Below are positions 46,254 through 58,332 of a stretch of DNA of 64,000 nucleotides, piece after piece. The position numbers were made by a program, and so were the translations under genes. Numbering within the stretch: the first letter of the stretch is position 1; the number at the start of each line of letters is the position of its first letter. This DNA comes from Octopus vulgaris (lineage: Eukaryota), in the NCBI GenBank assembly GCA_951406725.2, contig OX597816.1, positions 152,210,001 through 152,274,000 on the forward strand, written 5' to 3'. The notes beneath the pieces are model-generated. The model was given only the letters and a program-made list of their open reading frames with translations. It was not told where the DNA came from and did not search any database.

Positions 46254-49200
46254 AATGCTAAGTGAAATAAATGACAATAACGGTGTGAATGGGACTAGAA
46301 CCAATGGTGAAGGTGCAGCACCCAGCAGGTGCCCCACTGTGTAGTAGGGTGGCCCCAGTCATAATCCAGCAACCGCTAGCCATGCTACAAGACATAGGTG
46401 GAGTAAACAAGTAATCACGATGGTTATAGAGTGTTACTACCAGAGCACCCGAGTGGATGCAAATGGCGTTCCTGTCAGAGAGTACAGAAAACAAATGCAC
46501 AGTGAATGGAAGACAATGGAACTGTTCGAATTACTGAACACAGATTATGTGCCCAAGCAAGAGCAATATGAAAGAATGGATGGTTAACAGAATTGGAGCT
46601 AGAAGCTATTAAAAGAAGGATATCAGGTGAGGTTGGGCATGTGAGAAATGAAAGTGGTATAGTGGAAGAGAGTCATGGATGGCAGAGTTAATACCATCCA
46701 AAAGTCAGTTATATATGTCCTTATGAAAAGGTATATTGATCATCCTTTCATCAATTTTTGCCAATCCAACACTCCAGTTTTGCTTAACCCTGCATTTAAT
46801 CCAACCATATCTGGCCCAAATGTTCTACCTGTTTCGTGTTCAAACTAGCCAGATCCAACACCTTACACCAACCCACCAATATCTTTCTAAAATTAAACAT
46901 AGGCATAGGAGTGGCTGTGTGGTAAATACAGAAGGGACAGAATTTATGTGCAACTTTAAAAAGGTTAACCAAAGGAGACTAAATCAAGAGACAAATAAAG
47001 TCAATATTGTATTGAGACACATTGAAACAAAGAACATCACACAAACAAATAATCTTATCAAGGCTGCTAGTAGGACTGTGGCAGAAAGGATGGGATTGAG
47101 AACTACTGAGAATAGAACAGCAATGGATAGAAGAGAAAATAAACAACTGTGGTGAAAAAGGAGAACCTCTGAAGATATAAACTTCTTGAAGAGTGTAGTA
47201 TCAATACTTGTCAGGAAAAGAAATGGAGAACTTAAGAATGAATGGAAATTTTAAAAAGTTAGGAAGAAATATGGTGTAGATATAAAAGGCCAAAATGTTG
47301 TAATTGAAGAACTGAAGCAGTGCATACATGCAAAAAAAGCAAAGCTAACTAGGTTTGAACAACAGATTAAGCAATACCAGCAGAACAAATTATTTAAAAC
47401 CTACCAAAAAAGATTTTATCAAGAGAGATTAATGAGGATAAAAAATGTGAAAGATTAGTCCCTGATGCCGATGAAAGTCGACTTTTTGGGGGTAAGATAT
47501 GGAGTAAGCAAGAACAACATATTACTACAGCTGAATGACTCTGCAGCCTGGAGAAAACAGCTTCTTATCTCCAGCAAGAGGCTATCCACTTCACAGAAGA
47601 CAGTAATGCAAGACTGTAAATGAAGGAGAACAAATCTAGGAATGCTTGGATTGACTATCGCAGAAGTTTATAAGATTCCACATTTGTGGATTGAGTGCTT
47701 AGATCATCATCATCATCGTTGTCGTTTAATGTCCGCTTTCCATGCTAGTATGTGTTGGACGATTTGACTGAGGTCTGGTGAACCAGATGGCTGCACCAGA
47801 CTCCAGTCTGATCTGGCAGAGCTTTTACAGCTGGATGCCCTTCCTAACACCAACCACTCCAAGAGTGTAGTGGGTGCTTTTACGTGCCACTGGCACGAGG
47901 GCCAGTCAGGTAGTACTGGCAACGGCCACACTCAAATGTTGCTTTTTATGTGCCACCTGCACAGAAGCCAATCCAGTGGCACTGGCAACGACCTGTTTGG
48001 AAATAGAAGGAATGTGACATGTTTCCTGAAGAGAAGTATGGTGGGATAGAAAACTGAACTGACATCTTACAGAAAAAGCTTGGGCTCCCTGGGTATCAGA
48101 AGAGGGATTTCCCAGGGTGACAGCCTATCTCCATTGCTTTTTGTTTTCTGCATGATACCCCTGACCTTGGTACTCAGGAAAATGAACCTAGGGTACCAAC
48201 TCAAGGAAAAATCCCAAACAATCAACCACTTCTACTTCTTGGATGATTTGAAACTGTATGGCAAAGATGAGACATAAGTCAGTCCTTTGGTGAACACGGT
48301 CCACAGTTTTAGTACTGATATTAGAATGGAATTTGGACTTAAGAAGTGTGGAGTAATCTACCTAAAAAGAGGCAAGGTACAGTCCCAAGCAAGGATAAAA
48401 TTACCAAATAGAGACTTGATTAAACAAATTGAAATGGTAGGATACAAATACCTTATTGCACTAGAGTGCAATGAGATAATGGAAAAGGAAATGAAAGAGC
48501 AACTGAGGATGGAGTATTCCCGAAGACTGAGGTTGATGTTGCACTCAAAATTGAATGGATGGAATAAAATCCAAGCAGTTAATACATGGGCAATAGCATC
48601 ACTTTGGTATGGAGCAGGAATTATAAAATGGCAAAAGAGAGAAATGAAGAAAATGGATACCAAGACCAGAAAAATGTTTATAGTACATGGAGCTTTCCAC
48701 CCTAAGAGTGACACCGGCAGGCTGTACTTGTCCAGAAGAAAGGGTGGGAGAGGTTTGATCAGATGCCAAGACTGTACTGAGGTAGAGGAAAACAGCCTAG
48801 GGTGGTATATAAAAAATGCTATGGAGCCACTGTTGAAACACACAAAGAAGGCTTGCATCATCAAAACTGAAAATTGTGTAACAAAAGAAAAATTTAAACA
48901 AGAAATGAACAAAAAAAAAAGAAAAAAGCATGGAAGGAAAAAAATGTATGGTTAATTTGCAAGAGATGTGAACACCAAGACAGATACAGAGGACTGGTGG
49001 CTATGGATGAGGAGGAGTGACCTGAAGATAGAGACAGAAGCACTCATAAACGCAGCTCAGGAACAAGTGTTAAGGACCAATTATATGAAGTGCAGAATTG
49101 ACAACACTACAGATAGTAACAAATGCAGAATGTGTAGTGAGAGGGGTGAAATGGTATGGCACATTGTTAGCGAATGCGTGAAATTGGCACAATGTGAATA

Positions 49201-49743
49201 CAAACAACACCATGACAATGTGGCAAGAATGATCCACTGGAAGCTCTGGAAATCACAGACTACAAAGAGCAAAACCCCAGAAGGAGTTACCGAAAATGAG
49301 AACTGCAAAATCCTGTGGGATGTAATGATCCAGTGCAATCATTTGACCAGTCATCAGAAACCAGACACTATTGTGGTGAATAAAAAAGAAAGAACATGTA
49401 TGAAAATCAACATAGCATGCCTTGGTGACGACAGGATCAATGTGAAAGAAGAAGAAAACAAAAAACAACCATGACAATTCAAAGTGGGAAATATGAAGGT
49501 TGTGGTCAATGAAGAGAGCAGACTTGGAAGTATCAGCACTCAACTACCAACCTGGCTGAAAAAGATCGGTGCAAGTCTGAAGGTAGAACACCTACAAAAA
49601 TCAGCATTGCTTGGAACTGCAAGAATTCTTCACAGGGTTCTTGAAGTATGACCAGTAAACAAGTGTCACAGTCTACTGGCTGCGGACAGCTGACACTTTT
49701 CATCATACCCAACAAAATAAGATGTAAGTTTACATATAATAAT
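46254..49743 (+). mobile_element. Older, decayed Dong/R4-like LINE of a different subfamily
   Basis: N-terminal YRKQMH..W..QARAI.KNGWLTELELEAIKR; QGDSLSPLLF; FLDDLKLY; AAQEQ; CRMC; KPDTIVV; ALLGTARIL..VLE*; many stops and frameshifts; short ATAATAAT tail. Confidence 0.85.
47704..47992 (-). mobile_element. (GAT)n-tailed SINE inserted in the old Dong-like LINE
   Basis: Same core and tail; LINE coding sequence resumes on both sides. Confidence 0.8.
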
Positions 49744-51089
49744 AGTTGTTACTTATAGCTACAATGTGTTGAACTGGAATATAAGTGAAGTAAAGAATAT
49801 AGATAGGAAAATATGCAAGCTGCTGAGTTGTAATAAGATGCACCACCCAAAGGCAGACGTAGATCGCCTTTACCTCCCCAGAGCCCAAGGAAGTCGAGGC
49901 CTGATCCAATTTGAACTAGCTTACAAAACAACCACAATTGGACTGGCCAAATATCTTGAAATAACGAATGACTAGATGCTAAAGCTCGTGGAAAATCACG
50001 AGAGACAAAAGAAGCTTCATTCTATCATAGAGGAAAGCAAAAAATTTGCTATTGATCTCGTGCAGGATACCCAAACTGAACAACCCGAGGGAAGTACAGC
50101 AACTATTGTTGCAAAGAAGGTGAAAATAATGGCAACGAAAAAAGCGCACGAGCAATTGGCTGATAGGTGGGAGGAGAAACCGCTGCACAGCAAATATGTG
50201 GCCTGTAACAAACAAGCTGATGTTGACCAGAAGCAAACCCATCAGTGGCTACGGAGCTCAGGGCTAAAAGCAGAGAGCGAAGGTTTCATCCTGGCTGCTC
50301 AAGATCAAAGCCTATTAACCCAGAACTGTGATGAAAAACGGAGCAGACCCAAAATGCCGATTCTGCAACGACATGATTGAAACAGTGGACCACCTAATCT
50401 CTGGATGTAAAGTCTTAGCACCAGTGGAGTATAAATTAAGACATGACAGAGTTGGCCAATATCTACACTGGCTAATAAGTCGGCATTACAATATCAAAAC
50501 TGCCGACAAGTGGTATAATCACCACCCTGAAGCTGTAACTGAAGGAGAAAATGTAACGATTCTGTGGGACTTTCCAGTACATACAGACCAAACCATCAAA
50601 GCCAATAAACTGGATATTGTTGTGAAAGACCAAAACAATAAAGTTTGCTTATTGATCGACATGAGCATCCCGTGATCATAATATCTCGGCGAAAGAGTTT
50701 GATAAGCTCAGAAAATATAAAGACCTGCTCATTGAAATTGAGAAAATGTGGCATCTCAAGGCGGTTACAATACCAGTGATCGTAGGAGCACTAGGAATGA
50801 TCAAAAAGGGAACCGAAAATTATATGAGAATGATCCCTGGCTTACCATCCCTGCAAGAAGTGCAAAAGATTGTCTTAACTGGTACATCACACGTATTGAG
50901 AAGAGCATTGTCGATGTGAGAACTATTACTACCCATGTATTTTAATTTAACTTAAAAAAAAAAAAAACGAACTAGTGAGTTTAGTTTAATGGCCTACCAA
51001 TGTATACTATGAGTTTCTTTGCCCTAGGAGTCGGGAAGACACTCGGCAAGAAATGGAAGCAAATTTGAAAGAAGAAGAAAAAAAAAGAC
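49744..51089 (+). mobile_element. Second, shorter 5'-truncated copy of the same Dong/R4-like LINE (disabled)
   Basis: Near-identical to 60274-61643, with a TGG>TAG stop at about 49973, an 11-nt deletion at about 50327 and a 2-nt deletion at about 50671; (AAT)8 tail. Confidence 0.9.
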
Positions 51090-51245
51090 AATAATAATAA
51101 TAATAATAATAATCAATTCTTTTTTATTGGCCACAAGGGCTGACACGCATGATTACATAAAGGGACAAGACAGGACGAAAGGTTACAAAGGGTTTTGTCC
51201 GTTTGTTAAAAAATCCGTGTAAAAATACATTAACAATAATTATAA

Positions 51246-51720
51246 CTAGCAGTATCGCCCGGCGTTGCTCGGGTTTGTAAGGGAAATAACTATATAAGCA
51301 TTTTTAGAGAGTTATAGCCAAAAAATAGCAAAAAATGCATTAAAAATGGAAAAAATATGATGGTAAATTTTTTTTAAATCGTTGACTCATCGTAGACATT
51401 TTTAGAGAGTTACTTCCCTTATATAATAGCGAAAAAATGCATTAAAATGGAAAAAAAACGATGGTAAATTTTTTTTTAAATCGTAGACTCATGTAGACGC
51501 TTTCTTAGCCATTTCTGTTTTGGTGTCTTCAAGCCATGAAGTCGTTGTTCTAACAGAACACTGGTCTCCTTGACAACGCATTACGACGTTGATTTCCTTA
51601 CACTCCCTTCCCCACAGGTGCAGGTGTGAGCGTGGACGCCAACTCCGCCGCCATCGACACACGAAAAATTATGCATTAAAATGGAATAAAAAATGATGTT
51701 AAATTATTTTTAAAATCGTA
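51246..51720 (-). mobile_element. Inverted copy of the 3' 475 bp of the same Helitron
   Basis: Reverse complement of 52192-52663 with only a few differences; CTAG terminus at 51246-51249. Confidence 0.85.
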
Positions 51721-51729
51721 AATCATACA

Positions 51730-52012
51730 ATCGAAATCCCGAGCCATAAACTACAGCCTAGAAGACGAGCCTCATCCTGAAAGATCTGTAGAACTCGACA
51801 AGGACATCCTGAAAACCCTGGTGGAACAAAATATCATCGTAACTGTTGAGGAACTAGCAGAGAAGCTTGGATTTGGTCATTCAACCATTCATTGACACCT
51901 GTGTGCTATCGGAAAAGTCAGCAAATTGGGTCAATGGGTTCCTCACGAACTTTCCGAGTCTAATTGCATGCAGAGAGTGAATGTATGCTTTTCTTTGCTG
52001 TCATATCTCACC
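51730..52012 (+). pseudogene. Mariner transposase fragment
   Basis: Translates SLEDEPHPERS...TVEELAEKLGFGHSTIH*HLCAIGKVSKLGQWVPHELSE; WVPHEL motif at 51935-51952. Confidence 0.88.
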
Positions 52013-52030
52013 ACTACTGCGCTATGTATA

Positions 52031-52663
52031 TCCATATATATAAAACTGTAGTTGTGTGAGTGTCTGTCCCCTTCGATTTAGATTCCTAACTACTCCCACA
52101 TTTTGTGGTACAGTTTAACCAAATTCGGGTAGCTTATAGTCGTGATTCATATCGAGCCCGTCTGAATATTAGCGCGCGTCTACGATGAGTCTACGATTTT
52201 AAAAATAATTTAACATCATTTTTTATTCCATTTTAATGCATAATTTTTCGTGTCGATGGCGGCGGAGTTGGCGTCCACGCTCACACCTGCACCTGTGGGG
52301 AAGGGAGTGTAAGGAAATCAACGTCGTAATGCGTTGTCAAGGAGACCAGTGTTCTTTTAGAACAACGACTTCATGGCTTGAAGACACCAAAACAGAAATG
52401 GCTAAGAAAGCGTCTACATGAGTCTACGATTTAAAAAAAATTTACCATCGTTTTTTTTCCATTTTAATGCATTTTTTCGCTATTATATAAGGGAAGTAAC
52501 TCTCTAAAAATGTCTACGATGAGTCAACGATTTAAAAAAAATTTACCATCATATTTTTTCCATTTTTAATGCATTTTTTGCTATTTTTTGGCTATAACTC
52601 TCTAAAAATGCTTATATAGTTATTTCCCTTACAAACCCGAGCAACGCCGGGCGATACTGCTAG
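52031..52663 (+). mobile_element. Non-autonomous Helitron
   Basis: A|TC 5' end (TCCATATATATAAAAC); 3' hairpin CCCG-AGCAACGC-CGGG followed by CTAG|T; no TSD. Confidence 0.8.
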
Positions 52664-52814
52664 TAAGAGATAAAACAATGAAAAACTCCCAAAAGGGGGA
52701 GACGTTTCGAAAAGTTCCTGGTGGAAAAACCCTACAAAAGCCAACGGGAGCCTGGTCAAAAAAGGGGTGTAGAGAGTCCCCTTTTTTTTCTCCTTTTGTA
52801 TTACCTTTTTGAAA

Positions 52815-55800
52815 TCACAGGCGAAACCTGAGAACTGGTCCATTTATACAGGCCAGTCTTGCACAATTCACCCACCTTTCATAAAACTTGCTATCGGACA
52901 GCACTTTCCTCTCTAACCTCATTTTCCTTTTCAAGTGAAACTTGAAAAAGTTGATGAGGCCTTGACCAAAGAGGAAAGTGTCTGTCTTTAGCCCTTTCAA
53001 ACGAGTCCACCACACGACCTCTTTCACCACAGCCACTAGGCACAAGAAAACGGCCTCGCCCTCCTTGTTAAAGGAGGTCGGCGGGGCAATCTTCACTATG
53101 GATTCGGCCGATAGTCGGATCCGTCCTACACGTGACAGTAGCTGTTCGACATAAACCCATATTTCAGCAATACTCGGGCACTGAACGAGTGCGTGCAGAA
53201 CGGTTTCGTCGTCCTGGCAACACCTCAGGCAGGCCCGGCTGACGGCACTTCCGTGCCGGTAGAGTTTATCTCGAACAGGCAGAGCCCCTCGGTAGCACTG
53301 CCAGGCGAGAGACCTCTGGAAATTATCCATCAGCCCCGGCCCGAAAGTCCTCCCGAACAGACCGCACAGTTCGTCATCTTCAACGCCTAGAGTTTCCCCG
53401 AGAACGTCGTCGCATTTTTCCTCCACTAACCCTCTATAGAAAGCTAGAGTGGAGCTGTAACCGATCGCATTGCCCGCCTGACGGAGGGCGGAGAGGGCTT
53501 GACGGCACTCGAGGTGCCAAGCGCCCTTTCTCGGTCTACGTTTGATCCAGGTCTGCAGCTCCGTCAAAGAGACGAGCTGCGGAAAATCGCGTCTGACAAA
53601 AGACGACCACACCTGTTCACCGTCTAGGAAGCGCTTGAGATGCCGCAGCCTGAGCGCATGTCTGCGCAACAGCAACCACGGCATTCCAAGGCCTCCGTTC
53701 AGCGGTCGTTGACAGCAGATGGATCGCCTGACCAGTGGCACCTGACCCTTCCACAAAAAGTCAAAGAGCAGGCGTACCAGCTTGGCCAACCAGCGGTCGG
53801 GACAAGGGACGACGGTCAAGCGGTAATAGATAAGATGACGGACGCGATGTACGCATTCGCCACCTCCGCTCGACCTTTCAGGGACAGCTTCCTCTCGGCC
53901 CATTTCTGGGTGAGACGTGCCACCCTGCTCGTCACCTCTTCCCAGTTCTTATCCACCTGGAGGTCCGGACCGAACCAGACCCCGAGCAGTTTAATGGGTC
54001 CGTCTGTCCAGCGCCCTACGACGCTGTTGGACGGCATGGGCTTGCCTCTCCAGGTGCCCAGCTGCAAGCCCACAGACTTTTCCGTGCCCCTGTCACCGCT
54101 TCGTACTGGTTTAGCGTCTCGCCAATCAGGCCAATGTGCCTGTGGCTCGACACCACCACGGTGACGTCGTCGGCATAAGCAGACACGCTGTTTCCGCCTC
54201 CTAGATCGCGCCGGATACCCCTCAAAGCCTCCAACTTGCGCAGTAATGGCTCGAGAGTCAAAATGTACAAGAGGGAGGAGTGAGGGCATCCTTGGCGGAC
54301 CGAACGCGAGATGTCGAACGGTTCCGAAAGGTGACCGTTCACCCGTATCACCGAGCAGATGTTGCTGTATAAAGCAGCGATCCACCCGCGGAAGACTGGA
54401 CTGAAGCCGGCTGCCCTGAGGACAGCTGCCAGGTACCGATGGTCGACCCTATCGAAGGCTTTACTCTGATCCAAGTTGATCAAAGCCCCACCCACGCCAG
54501 CGTCGTTACCCACCCTCTCTATGATGTAGCGCATGAGATGGAGGTTGTCGTGTATTGACCTGGTCGGCACAGCGCATGTCTGCGTCTTGCCGACCAGCTT
54601 GTCCACGACAAGCGCCAATCTCTTGGCTAGCACCTTGGCCAAAATCTTCAACTCTGCATTGAGCAGAGTGATGGGCCGGAAATTCCCTATAACGTTCCCC
54701 TTGTTTGGGTCCTTCTTTAGTAAAGCCACCACCCCTCGACAGACAAAAGCAGGAATTCTCCCGTTTTGCTGCCAGTTGCAGTAGACGTTTGCCAACAGGT
54801 CCGCAAACAAGTCTGACATTGAAAAGTAAAGCTTGTAAGGCAGACAATCCAAACCCGGCGATCTACCTCTCGTGCAACTCTTCATAGCTTCCTGTACTTC
54901 CCAGGCAGATATCGGTCCTTCGCAGCACTCTGCCTCACTGTCCGAGAGTTGTGGTAGGCCGTCCAGGTACACACCAAAGTCTGCACCGTTGTCCGTTCCA
55001 CCGCTCGTCCCAAACAGTTGAGCAAAGTGCCGCTGAAGCACCGTACACATCTGCTTCAGTTGGGTAACCTCGCGCCCGTTCTGGTCCACCAAAGACCGAA
55101 TGGTTGCTCTGTTGCCTCGCTTCGCCTCCGCCACGCGGGCCCATCGAGCGGCTCTAGTCCCCTCCCCGCTTAGCGAACGTGCCTTAGCTCTGACAACGCA
55201 GCCTTCGTGTTTGGCGTCGAAGTGTTGGTCGAGGGCCAACCTTGCCGCCAACACGTCGGTCGCGATGCCAGTGTCAAGAGCCTCGTCTAGTTTCTTAACT
55301 AAATCCCGCTCTCTCTTCCTACGTTCAATAGCTAAAGTCTTACTATACCTAATCGACTCTACTCTAATTGCTCTCTTGAGGGCAAACCACCAGTTGTTGA
55401 CGATTGCCCCCGTGAGCGCCCGCTTAACTAGTAAACTAATCCGGTCTCTGTAAGCTTTGCACGCCGTTAACGACGCGTTCAGCTTCCAGTAGCCGGGTCC
55501 CTGTCTATGTAGCCTATCTAAGTCGACCGTACAGATCACTAATTTGTGGTCCGTATATTCGACTAGGTGGAATTGTGGACACCCTACGCTGTCCTTATCC
55601 GCTGGCCTACAAAACACTCTATCTAAGTACGATCTAGATGACCCGATGCGGTTTGTCCAAGTCCACATTGGCACATTCGGGTTGTCTAGTCGAAACCTGT
55701 CGGACAGCTGAAAGCGGCCGAGTAGGTTGGCGAGGCTCTTGCACCTTCCCCCTCTCCTATCAGACGCTCCCCTGCCCACCCGATCGAAACGTTCGTCTAA

Positions 55801-56238
55801 GACAGTGTTCCAATCCCCAACTAGCACTAGAGTGCGTGACGTTCCCAGGAAAACTTCCAGACGTTTGAAATAATCCGACTGCCCTGCTCCTGTTGGAGCG
55901 TAGGCAGCCAGCAGTCTGAAAGCACCGCCATCACTACCGTCCATGTCGAGGACCACCAACTTACCTTCCGGATCCAAGAAGACTGTCCTTATTTTCAGGT
56001 CCAGGCCCTTCCGAAACAACACCGCAGTACCACCACCGCCCGCTCCCGGCCGACACGGAGATAGAAATATCTCGTATCCGCCGAAAAGGGCTGCGAGTTC
56101 CTGCGGGTCGGAGAGCCTGGTTTCACTGATGGCTGCTACATCCACATCATGAAACCTCAGGTCGTTTAACAGGTGACCCTGTTTCCAAGGTGACCCGAGG
56201 CCTCTCACATTCAAGCAACCGATTCTAAGATTTGCCAT
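52815..56238 (-). pseudogene. Tx1-like ORF2 (APE endonuclease + reverse transcriptase) with two frameshifts
   Basis: LNVRGL, ISET, GDWN, YLDR, TDH (APE); RPITLLN, DQSKAFDRV, VRQGCP, YADD (RT); CLRC..DETVLHALVQC; frame breaks at about 54085 and 53830. Confidence 0.92.
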
Positions 56239-56276
56239 GTTTCAAAAGTTAGGAAAAAAAAAGGAGAAAAAAGGCT

Positions 56277-58079
56277 CTACTTACTGTTGTTGGTGGTGGG
56301 GGTGGCTCCCTTGTGCTTTTGCACGGGTGCTTCCACAATGTTTTTATAAAGTTTCTTCGAGAAACTTTTCCCTAGCGATCCCACATCATTAGGGAATATT
56401 TGTTTGATTTCATCATATGTTTTTGCATTTATTTTTATTGTGAGAATGTGTGCTGGTGGTGTGTTTTGTGTTGGTATGATGAAATCGGTTATATTTGTAC
56501 TAGTTTTGTTTTTTAAGTACTCCACTAGTTTTTGGTTCTTTGTGTTTATTGATGTAATTGTGTCTGTGTGTGTTTGTGTGTGTGGCAGTGGCAGTAGTGG
56601 TGTCGAAAATGTTGTTGTTGTTGTTTGTTGTTGTGAATGTGTGTTGTTGTTGTTGTTGTTGTTGATGTTTGGAAGCACTATTTGTTCGTGCTTCCCCTGT
56701 AAATCTTTTTGTTTTTTCCTCCTTTTCTTCTTTGGAGGCACTATACTCCATTCTCCTTTGTTGGAATCAGAGCTCGCACAATCCGACTCTTCATCCGGCA
56801 AAGGAATGGTTGAGGGGTCTGCTTCAGTAGCAGGACGAAAGGTTTTTGGTTCCGCCGGTATCGGTGGTGCCGCTGCTCCTGTTGCTGTTGATGTTGCTGC
56901 TGTTGACCTTCGAGGTACTGGTGTCGGTGTTGGTTTGGTGGTGGTTGTTGTTGTTGGAGGTGGTGTTGTTCGTCTTGGTGCTGGTGATGGTGTTGGTGGT
57001 GTGGCAGCCTTTGGTGTTTCTTGCTGTTTTTGTTGTTTCTGTTGTTGTTGTTGTTGTTGCTGCCTCTTGCTGAAAGCCTCCATCCTCTTTTTGTGAATGG
57101 GGCAGTCCCTCTTTAAGTGGCTTTCGCTGCTGCAGAGGAAACATTTTGGCTTTCGCCCCTCCACAGCAACGTTTAGCCTGGTGCCGTCCGGCAAACTTAC
57201 GAAATCAGGGACTTTACTGATATTTTCTTGCTGAATTTGCACAAGAAGCAGCACTCCCATCCCCAACCAGTTTTTCGCCCTCACTCTCCTGACATCCAGA
57301 ATGGTGGTAGTGTCCTCTATATCATAGAGGACAGCTGCCACCAGCCATGACATATCTAGCTCAGGGGGGGCGAGGTCGATTTTTATTTTTGTTACTCTTC
57401 GCCCGAGGTGGGTTGGAACTAGTAACAAATTCTCAGTTTGCAAGGGCGAAATGGCGTTCGCCCTTGCAAGCTCCTCTGTTGGGAAGCGAACCTCCACGGT
57501 TCCGAAACGCTTCCCCTTGGTTACGTAGCTCTTTTGGGCCCAAATGGGCTTTAGAGCTATCTCTAACTGTTGGGGTGTGGCATTTGTCATTTTTTTTAGT
57601 TTTCTATCGAAAACTTTGTATATGATTGTTTTCTTGTTTGTGCTTTCAATCACCTCTTGTGGAGTATTGAGGAAGATGCCGTTGCCATCCTTCCTTAACA
57701 ACTCCTTCGCTCTTTTCACATCTTCTAGAGTTATCTTAACTTCCTCCGAAATTTGCTTCGCAGCAGAAGCAAAATTGTTGGAAGTTTTTTCATTTTTCTC
57801 CGTGTCAATGTTTGTAATAATTTTTGTAATTGTTTTTCCTTCCTCCTCCTTCCGTACCAAAGCATTGGGTGAAGGCAGAGGGGGAAAATCGGGAATTACG
57901 TCGAACGCGACGTCCTGGCTTGCATTCTCCTTTCGAACGGAGCGCGTGCTCTCCGGTTCGGAAGGAGGATCTTTGTTGCCTTTTAAGGCGTGAAGTGGGT
58001 GTTTTGGACGAGTTGTGTGTGTTTGCGGAGGGAATGTATCTTGAAGGAAGGAACAGCCAACTGTTCGCTTCATAGCCAT
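56277..58079 (-). CDS. Tx1-like ORF1 (about 600 aa) with CCHC zinc knuckle and Q/T/P-rich linker
   Basis: Open frame from ATG at 58079; CFLCSSESHLKRDC fits CX2CX4HX4C; basic PPKKKRRKK stretch. Confidence 0.85.
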   Translation of the reverse strand: MAMKRTVGCSFLQDTFPPQTHTTRPKHPLHALKGNKDPPSEPESTRSVRKENASQDVAFDVIPDFPPLPSPNALVRKEEEGKTITKIITNIDTEKNEKTSNNFASAAKQISEEVKITLEDVKRAKELLRKDGNGIFLNTPQEVIESTNKKTIIYKVFDRKLKKMTNATPQQLEIALKPIWAQKSYVTKGKRFGTVEVRFPTEELARANAISPLQTENLLLVPTHLGRRVTKIKIDLAPPELDMSWLVAAVLYDIEDTTTILDVRRVRAKNWLGMGVLLLVQIQQENISKVPDFVSLPDGTRLNVAVEGRKPKCFLCSSESHLKRDCPIHKKRMEAFSKRQQQQQQQQKQQKQQETPKAATPPTPSPAPRRTTPPPTTTTTTKPTPTPVPRRSTAATSTATGAAAPPIPAEPKTFRPATEADPSTIPLPDEESDCASSDSNKGEWSIVPPKKKRRKKQKDLQGKHEQIVLPNINNNNNNNTHSQQQTTTTTFSTPLLPLPHTQTHTDTITSINTKNQKLVEYLKNKTSTNITDFIIPTQNTPPAHILTIKINAKTYDEIKQIFPNDVGSLGKSFSKKLYKNIVEAPVQKHKGATPTTNNSK

Positions 58080-58332
58080 GTTTTTTTTTGTAATATTCAA
58101 AATGTTTAAAATGTCAAATGTTCAAAATTTCAAAACGTAATTTCACCCCGAATGGGGCAAAATTTCGCCCAACCGACGAGCTCCGCAAGAAGCCGGTCGG
58201 TTTGGCTACAAAAATATTTAAAAATATCAAAACTTATCAATAGATTTCCAATGAAATTGGTGCCAAATTCACGGAGCCTTTTCAGACACGTCCATCGGCG
58301 TCGGAAGGAATAATAATAATAATAATAATAAT

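Larger units (their letters stand above)
51114..58308 (-). mobile_element. Full-length Tx1/L1-clade non-LTR retrotransposon; 3' UTR interrupted by the Helitron composite
   Basis: About 230-nt 5' UTR, ORF1, ORF2 (APE-RT-Cys/His C-terminus), 3' UTR ending AATAAAAAAAGAATTG; (AAT)8 on both flanks (51090-51113 and 58309-58332); GC-rich relative to host. Confidence 0.9.

Noticed and set aside
51246-52663. Reading the palindrome as an ordinary mariner with long TIRs
   Set aside because: The termini are Helitron hairpin + CTAG ends, there is no clean TA duplication, and the transposase piece is only an internal fragment.
53193-58075. Several + strand ORFs of 60-230 aa
   Set aside because: They are antisense shadows of the GC-rich, low-complexity Tx1 ORFs and show no motifs.
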